From assembly GCA_044341565.1 (NCBI GenBank), contig JBIIRM010000004.1, forward strand, positions 8,764 to 72,763: a stretch of DNA of 64,000 bases. The letters are read 5' to 3'. Source of the DNA: Minisyncoccia bacterium (lineage in GTDB: Bacteria > Patescibacteriota > Minisyncoccia > SW-4-49-11). A program made the translations under genes and the position numbers. Below, one piece after another: positions 58,861 to 64,000 of the stretch (positions are counted from its first letter, which is position 1; each line of letters begins with the position of its first letter). The notes beneath the pieces are model-generated. The model saw only the letters and a program-made list of their open reading frames with translations. It made no database searches and was not told the origin of the DNA.

Positions 58861-59446
58861 AGGCGGCGACGAGGGTGTCTTGATCGACATATTCGAGCAA
58901 GGTGCCATTGGCGAGTCCCCTACCGAGGCTACTAATATTGCCTTTGAATGATTTGAGTTGTTGGCGAATATATTGCGCTGTTCTATCTCCTTGTGCAGTG
59001 GGGCTGGTGGCGATAATAATATCTTGTATATGTTCGGTTTTAATTCTTTTTAATAATTCTATAATATGCAAATCTTCTGGCTGAGAACCTTTGAGGGGGT
59101 CTATTACTCCTCCGAGTACATGATAGCGTCCATGAAATACTTCAATCCTCTCTATTTGTAATATATCTTCAGCATATTCTATGACACAAATACTACCTAT
59201 ATCCCTCACACTATTGCTACAAATAGAACATATATCCCCTTCTGAGGTATTAAAACAAATTTGGCATTGTCTCACCAATGACTTAATACCATGAATTTCT
59301 TTAGCTAATTTGGTGAGATAAGTCTGCTCTTGATTAATAAGCCAATAGGCATAGCGGGTTGCTGTTTTACGCCCCACTCCTGGTAATTGACGAATGTCTT
59401 CTATTAACTCCTTGACTGATTCAGGAGGTGTTATTTTACGATTCAT
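58844..59446 (-). CDS. recR: recombination protein RecR
   Basis: 200 aa; HhH, C4 zinc finger (CQICFNTSEGDICSICS), Toprim. Confidence 0.9.
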   Translation of the reverse strand: MNRKITPPESVKELIEDIRQLPGVGRKTATRYAYWLINQEQTYLTKLAKEIHGIKSLVRQCQICFNTSEGDICSICSNSVRDIGSICVIEYAEDILQIERIEVFHGRYHVLGGVIDPLKGSQPEDLHIIELLKRIKTEHIQDIIIATSPTAQGDRTAQYIRQQLKSFKGNISSLGRGLANGTLLEYVDQDTLVAAFQNRK

Positions 59447-59448
59447 AT

Positions 59449-60843
59449 TTATTCATTGTTGTTTTGCTGATGGCGATAATCAAGATTAATAAAGGTTGCA
59501 TATTCTTTTTTGAATCCTAAGGTTACTTTCCCAATAGGTCCATTTCGTTGTTTGGCTATATGAATTTCCGCTATACCTTTACGTTCTGTATCGGGGTTTT
59601 CTCGCTCTTCACGATAAATGAATAATACGACATCGGCATCTTGCTCAATAGATCCTGATTCCCTAAGATCAGATAATCTTGGGATTTGTGGAGTTCGACT
59701 TTCTACAGAACGAGATAGCTGTGATAAAGCTACTACGGGGACATTGAATTCTCGGGCAAGAGATTTCAGGGAACGAGATATTTCAGATACCTGTTGTACC
59801 ATATTGTCATTCTTGATACTGGATTCCATCAATTGAAGATAATCTACTACGACAAGTCCTAACTCATCTACTTCGGCGAGAATTCTTCGCAATATAGCTC
59901 TCATTTTCATAACACTACTTCCTGGGCTATCTTCTATGAATAGCTGAGACTTTGATAAAGAGTCAAGAGCCGGAGCTAATTGTTCAAAATCCTGAGGATG
60001 AAGTTTTCCTGTTTTCATCTTGAACAAATCTACGCGAGCCTCAGAGCTAATAAGTCTATCTACTACTTCTTCTTTTGACATTTCAAGACTAAAGAATACT
60101 GCCCCTTTACCAGAAGTAATAGCTACATTTTTGATAATCTCAAGAGCAAGAGAAGTTTTTCCTACCGATGGTCTAGCGGCTAGAATTACGAGATTAGAAG
60201 GTTGCAATCCTCCAAGAGCATTATCCAGAGCTTCAAAGCCTGTTTTAACTCCTTTCATCCCAATCCCATTATTATGTACATCATCAATACGGTCAAAAGC
60301 ATCGTGAAGGGCATCACTCATTTTGACATATTCCTGCTTTACAATTTTTTGCGCTACACTAAATACTGCCTGTTCTGCTTGATCTAATACATGATCAATT
60401 TCTTGTGTTTCATCAAATCCAAGTTCCACAATGGAAGAACCAACTGCAATCAAACGCCGTAAGGTTGATTTATGTTTTACGGTATAGGCATAATGTTCAA
60501 TATGGGCTGAGGATGGTACTAAATCCACAAGATGAGCTAGATATTCTTCTCCCCCAACTTTATCTAATTCTCCAATTAATTCTAATTTATGAGTTACTGT
60601 TAATAAATCTATAGGTTCTTTGCGATTGAATAATTCAATCATCATTTGATAAATGATCCCATTTTTCTCATGATAAAAATCATCTTGAACCAGAATATCT
60701 ACAATTTTGATAAGAGAATCTGATTCTATTAAAATTGCACCCAAAACAGATTCCTCCATATCCACTGCCTGCGGAGGAATTTTATTATGAAGTACTGGCT
60801 TCTTGTCTTCATATTTCTTGGCTGATTTCTGTATGGTTGCCAT
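59449..60843 (-). CDS. dnaB: replicative DNA helicase DnaB
   Basis: 464 aa; N-terminal DnaB domain, Walker A ARPSVGKTSLALEI, RecA-like core. Confidence 0.9.
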   Translation of the reverse strand: MATIQKSAKKYEDKKPVLHNKIPPQAVDMEESVLGAILIESDSLIKIVDILVQDDFYHEKNGIIYQMMIELFNRKEPIDLLTVTHKLELIGELDKVGGEEYLAHLVDLVPSSAHIEHYAYTVKHKSTLRRLIAVGSSIVELGFDETQEIDHVLDQAEQAVFSVAQKIVKQEYVKMSDALHDAFDRIDDVHNNGIGMKGVKTGFEALDNALGGLQPSNLVILAARPSVGKTSLALEIIKNVAITSGKGAVFFSLEMSKEEVVDRLISSEARVDLFKMKTGKLHPQDFEQLAPALDSLSKSQLFIEDSPGSSVMKMRAILRRILAEVDELGLVVVDYLQLMESSIKNDNMVQQVSEISRSLKSLAREFNVPVVALSQLSRSVESRTPQIPRLSDLRESGSIEQDADVVLFIYREERENPDTERKGIAEIHIAKQRNGPIGKVTLGFKKEYATFINLDYRHQQNNNE

Positions 60844-60848
60844 AATAC

Positions 60849-62540
60849 CTACATTTCATCTAAAGGCTCTATTGTCAAAAGTCCTAGTCCTTGTTTTAAT
60901 ATACCATTGACTCGCTGTAATAGATATAGACGATTATTTTTTATTTTCTCATCACTTTCTTTTAAAATTGGAGTAGAGTGATAATAAGAATTCATGAGTT
61001 CTGCCAATTCATACAGATAGTGGGCAATATGAGATGGGTCATATTCTCGAGCTGAATAATCTCTGATTTCACTAAATTTAGCTAATTTGATAATAATTTG
61101 GCCCTCAGTATCATTAAAGGCAATACCCTCATCATAAGATTCAGGAATATGAGAGGCTTTTTGTACTAAAGAATTGATTCGAGCATAGGTATAGAGAATA
61201 TAAGGTCCAGTTTTACCTGTTAGGCTAATGGAAGAGGAAATATCAAAGACTATATCTTTTTTGGATGATATAGCTAAAATATAATAAATATAACTGGCCC
61301 GAGCAATAAGTTCAATACGACGAGTTTGCTCCTGATCAGATAATGGACTATCTTTGAAATAAATTTCTTTTACATTTTCTTCTATCTCAGCAATAAGTGG
61401 GTCTGCATTAACAATAGTTCCCTTTCTAGAGCTCATTTTACCCTCTGGAAGCCTGAATAATCCATATCCAATATGATATAGCCCTGCTTGTTTTATCCCA
61501 AGTTGTTTGGCTATTGCAAAGATTTGTTGAAATTGCAGATTTTGTGAAAAATCAGTAATATAAATAATCTCATCAGCCCCATAACATTTAGATTTTTCTG
61601 AAAGTCTATATTGTAATAAAGCTAAATCTTGAGTGATATATAAAGCTGTACCCTGAGAGCGTAAAAGAATTTTATTTGGCAATCCAAATTCTTCTAAATC
61701 TGCATAAATATAGTTATCTTCCGGATGTTTTTTGAATATACCGCGAGTAAGTCCATCTTTCACAATATTTTTCCCTTCTTGATAAATATCTGATTCATAT
61801 ATATCTTCCTCAAAAGAAGTTCCTAATTTTCGATAGGTGATTTGCTGTCCTTCTATAACCCAATTTCTGAGCTTAAGCCAAATATCATACCAGTATTTGT
61901 CTCCTGCTTCCCATTTGGTTAATATATCTTGTGCTTCATCTATAAGTTCAGGGTTTTCTTGTGACTTATTCTCAAATTCAATATATAAGTCTCCCGCATA
62001 ATGATCAGATTTACCAGTGGGGATTTCATCCTTATGAAATTTATCGTATATCAACATCATCTTGGCAACAGCAATACCTCTATCATTAATCACTTCGGTT
62101 TTAATAACTTGATGTCCCTCGGAAGATAGAATTCTGTATAATGATTCCCCTAAAGCAATATTACGAATATGTCCTAAATGAAGAGGTTTATTGGTATTAG
62201 GTGAGGCAAATTCAAGAGCAATTTTTTTCTTATGAGTTGATTGTGTAAGTAAGCTATCTCCTATGTGCCACACTAAATACTCTAATTTAATAGTAATATT
62301 GACATAAGCATTTACTATAGTGATGGATTCTATATACTCTATATCTTTGAGATTTTCTTGTAACTCAACAGCTATATCCTGAGGAGATTTTTTAAGAACT
62401 TTTGCAAAAGCAAAACAAGGAATTGCTAAATGTCCAAATTGAGACTCAGGATATTCAAACTCAATTCTGAGAGCCTCATCTATTGATAAAAATACTCGGA
62501 TTTGCTTCTCTAAATCCTCTCTAATCCTCTGTAACTGCAT
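60849..62540 (-). CDS. argS: arginine--tRNA ligase
   Basis: 563 aa; HIGH (HLGHIRN), KMSKS-like (KMSSRKG), C-terminal DALR anticodon-binding domain. Confidence 0.9.
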   Translation of the reverse strand: MQLQRIREDLEKQIRVFLSIDEALRIEFEYPESQFGHLAIPCFAFAKVLKKSPQDIAVELQENLKDIEYIESITIVNAYVNITIKLEYLVWHIGDSLLTQSTHKKKIALEFASPNTNKPLHLGHIRNIALGESLYRILSSEGHQVIKTEVINDRGIAVAKMMLIYDKFHKDEIPTGKSDHYAGDLYIEFENKSQENPELIDEAQDILTKWEAGDKYWYDIWLKLRNWVIEGQQITYRKLGTSFEEDIYESDIYQEGKNIVKDGLTRGIFKKHPEDNYIYADLEEFGLPNKILLRSQGTALYITQDLALLQYRLSEKSKCYGADEIIYITDFSQNLQFQQIFAIAKQLGIKQAGLYHIGYGLFRLPEGKMSSRKGTIVNADPLIAEIEENVKEIYFKDSPLSDQEQTRRIELIARASYIYYILAISSKKDIVFDISSSISLTGKTGPYILYTYARINSLVQKASHIPESYDEGIAFNDTEGQIIIKLAKFSEIRDYSAREYDPSHIAHYLYELAELMNSYYHSTPILKESDEKIKNNRLYLLQRVNGILKQGLGLLTIEPLDEM

Positions 62541-62543
62541 ATC

Positions 62544-63632
62544 TTAAAATAGCTTGATAATATCTTTGGCTGTAACCAATAACATTAATAAGAGTAATAT
62601 ACTATATCCGACTAAATGAAATCTATTCTCAACTTTCTGGCTAACTGGAGATTTTTTAATCCATTCTATAATCACGAATACGATTCGCCCACCATCAAGA
62701 GCTGGTATAGGTAATATATTAAATAATGCTAAACTTGTACTAATAAGACCTATAAAGGTAATAGTATATGTCAATCCTAAATCTTGAAAATCTCCTACAA
62801 TTTGTACTAATCCCACTGGACCTGTCACCTCTGCTTCTGGTGGAAGAGGTGCTCTGGTGAATATACTTGCTATCATTTGCCCAAGTATAGAAAGGGTGGT
62901 AACGACAATAACATAAATTCTCTCAAAGGATAATTTGAATGATTCAAAAAATGATAATTTTTGCAGTCCAGTAAGCGCAGTAGTAATACCCGTAGCTCCT
63001 TGTCCTTCTGGAGGATTTTCTCGAGGTGTAATATTCTTAGTAATAGTCTCATCTCCCCTATTCACCACAATATCTATAGATTTACCTGCATTCTCATTAA
63101 TCACTTGTGAAACTTCTGATTGGGTGACAACTTTGATTCCATCTATTGATTGAATTTCATCTCCGAATCTCAAATCTGCAGCTTTAGCTGGTGAGTCTTC
63201 TGCTACACTTGTTATCAGGGTTGTAACATTACTATATTGCCCAGAATCAATATCTGACTCATTAATTTGAACTTGTGTTCCAAGCATTCCCACAATAGTA
63301 AAGGCTATAACTGCAATAATAATATTCATTATTACTCCTGCTGAGAGTATAGCAATTCTTTGCCATGGTTTTTTGGATGCAAAAGATTCTGGATTATCTC
63401 TATTGTCCCCTTCTTCTCCTAATAGTTTTACATAACCTCCTATTGGGAGTAAATTAATATTATATTCGGTGTCACTCCCTTTGGGTTTGAAACCCCAAAT
63501 TTTAGGAGGAAGTCCAAATCCAAATTCTTCTACCTTTACTCCATTCCACCTAGCAACAATAAAATGACCAAATTCATGACCAATGACTACAATTACGAGT
63601 ATTCCAATAAATAATAAAAGTGTTGTGAGCAT
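62544..63632 (-). CDS. rseP: RIP site-2 metalloprotease RseP (M50)
   Basis: 362 aa; HEFGHFIVA (HExxH), PDZ domain, C-terminal LDGG motif region (PIPALDGGRIVF). Confidence 0.85.
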   Translation of the reverse strand: MLTTLLLFIGILVIVVIGHEFGHFIVARWNGVKVEEFGFGLPPKIWGFKPKGSDTEYNINLLPIGGYVKLLGEEGDNRDNPESFASKKPWQRIAILSAGVIMNIIIAVIAFTIVGMLGTQVQINESDIDSGQYSNVTTLITSVAEDSPAKAADLRFGDEIQSIDGIKVVTQSEVSQVINENAGKSIDIVVNRGDETITKNITPRENPPEGQGATGITTALTGLQKLSFFESFKLSFERIYVIVVTTLSILGQMIASIFTRAPLPPEAEVTGPVGLVQIVGDFQDLGLTYTITFIGLISTSLALFNILPIPALDGGRIVFVIIEWIKKSPVSQKVENRFHLVGYSILLLLMLLVTAKDIIKLF

Positions 63633-63633
63633 A

Positions 63634-64000
63634 TTAAATAGTTAAGATATTTTGTTCTTTTTTCTTAGATATTGACTCTAATTCAGCTTGATACTCTTTG
63701 GTATATGTATCAATTTGTTCAAAGTCTTTATATTGTTCATCCTCTGAAATTTCTTTATTCTTGAGTTGATTCTTGACTGTATTGCGAGCTTCATCTCTTA
63801 CTTGCCTTAGGGCAGTTTTGAATTCTTCAGCCTTATGATTCAATTCTTTGACAAGAGCAAGTCTTCTTTCTTCGGTCGGGACAGGTATCACAAGCCTAAC
63901 TCCTGCACTCTCAGAAATAGGATTAAGCCCCAAATGTGTCGCTTGTTGTATGGCCTTCTCAATTCCTGCAATACTTGATTTATCCCATGGGCTAATCATA
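63634..64000 (-). CDS. frr: ribosome recycling factor (N-terminal part lies beyond window end)
   Basis: Visible 121 aa match the C-terminal two thirds of RRF (...GVRLVIPVPTEERRLALVKELNHKAEEFKTALRQVRDEA...). Confidence 0.8.
   Translation of the reverse strand, partial: MISPWDKSSIAGIEKAIQQATHLGLNPISESAGVRLVIPVPTEERRLALVKELNHKAEEFKTALRQVRDEARNTVKNQLKNKEISEDEQYKDFEQIDTYTKEYQAELESISKKKEQNILTI

Noticed and set aside
58582-59084. Track ORFs 58582-58908(-) and 58902-59084(+)
   Set aside because: The first is made of the palindromic GC-rich repeat array; the second is antisense to recR; neither has coding features

Overview
AT-rich (about 33% GC), gene-dense bacterial chromosome segment read in the standard genetic code. 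Long housekeeping genes show no in-frame TGA, and many core proteins are shortened: AlaRS lacks the C-Ala domain, ThrRS lacks the N-terminal TGS domain, and TruB is 213 aa. This fits a small-genome uncultivated lineage (CPR/Patescibacteria-like), which is an inference. The housekeeping backbone is msrB, dut, phr, alaS, rpoB-rpoC, rpmG, fur, secA, an M16 peptidase, a cysteine desulfurase, dsbB, a Xer-type recombinase, truB, hup, rny, a DEAD-box helicase, dus, an ABC-F ATPase, thrS, glyQS, rplS, recR, dnaB, argS, rseP and frr. There are 11 tRNA genes (Glu, Arg, Thr, Trp, Gly, Ser, Leu, Val, Met, fMet), plus an rpmG gene that the ORF track missed. Accessory features worth attention are listed below.
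- Two exo-enzymes (a GHSQG lipase/esterase and an M23 peptidase) carry the same N-terminal module: a signal anchor, a Thr/Pro/Gly-rich linker and a VirB2/TrbC-pilin-like two-helix hairpin.
- A FAD amine-oxidase gene sits between 84-bp direct repeats that duplicate the junction of its neighbours, a Campbell-type insertion signature.
- A dispersed family of GC-rich palindromic hairpin repeats lies in intergenic islands. One copy set flanks the recombinase. A nested, MITE-like array sits between recR and the tRNA-fMet cluster. A 220-nt GC-rich leader precedes a small Cys-rich secreted protein.
- Three paralogous membrane-anchored proteins occur in tandem, with an intact, a degenerate and an absent cytochrome-b5-like HPGG domain.
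- An Erm-like rRNA adenine methyltransferase is co-operonic with the ABC-F ATPase.
- A secreted PHB-depolymerase-like esterase is frameshifted, and a DUF4287 gene survives only as a deletion remnant.
- Four GC-rich islands each generate spurious ORFs in the six-frame track.
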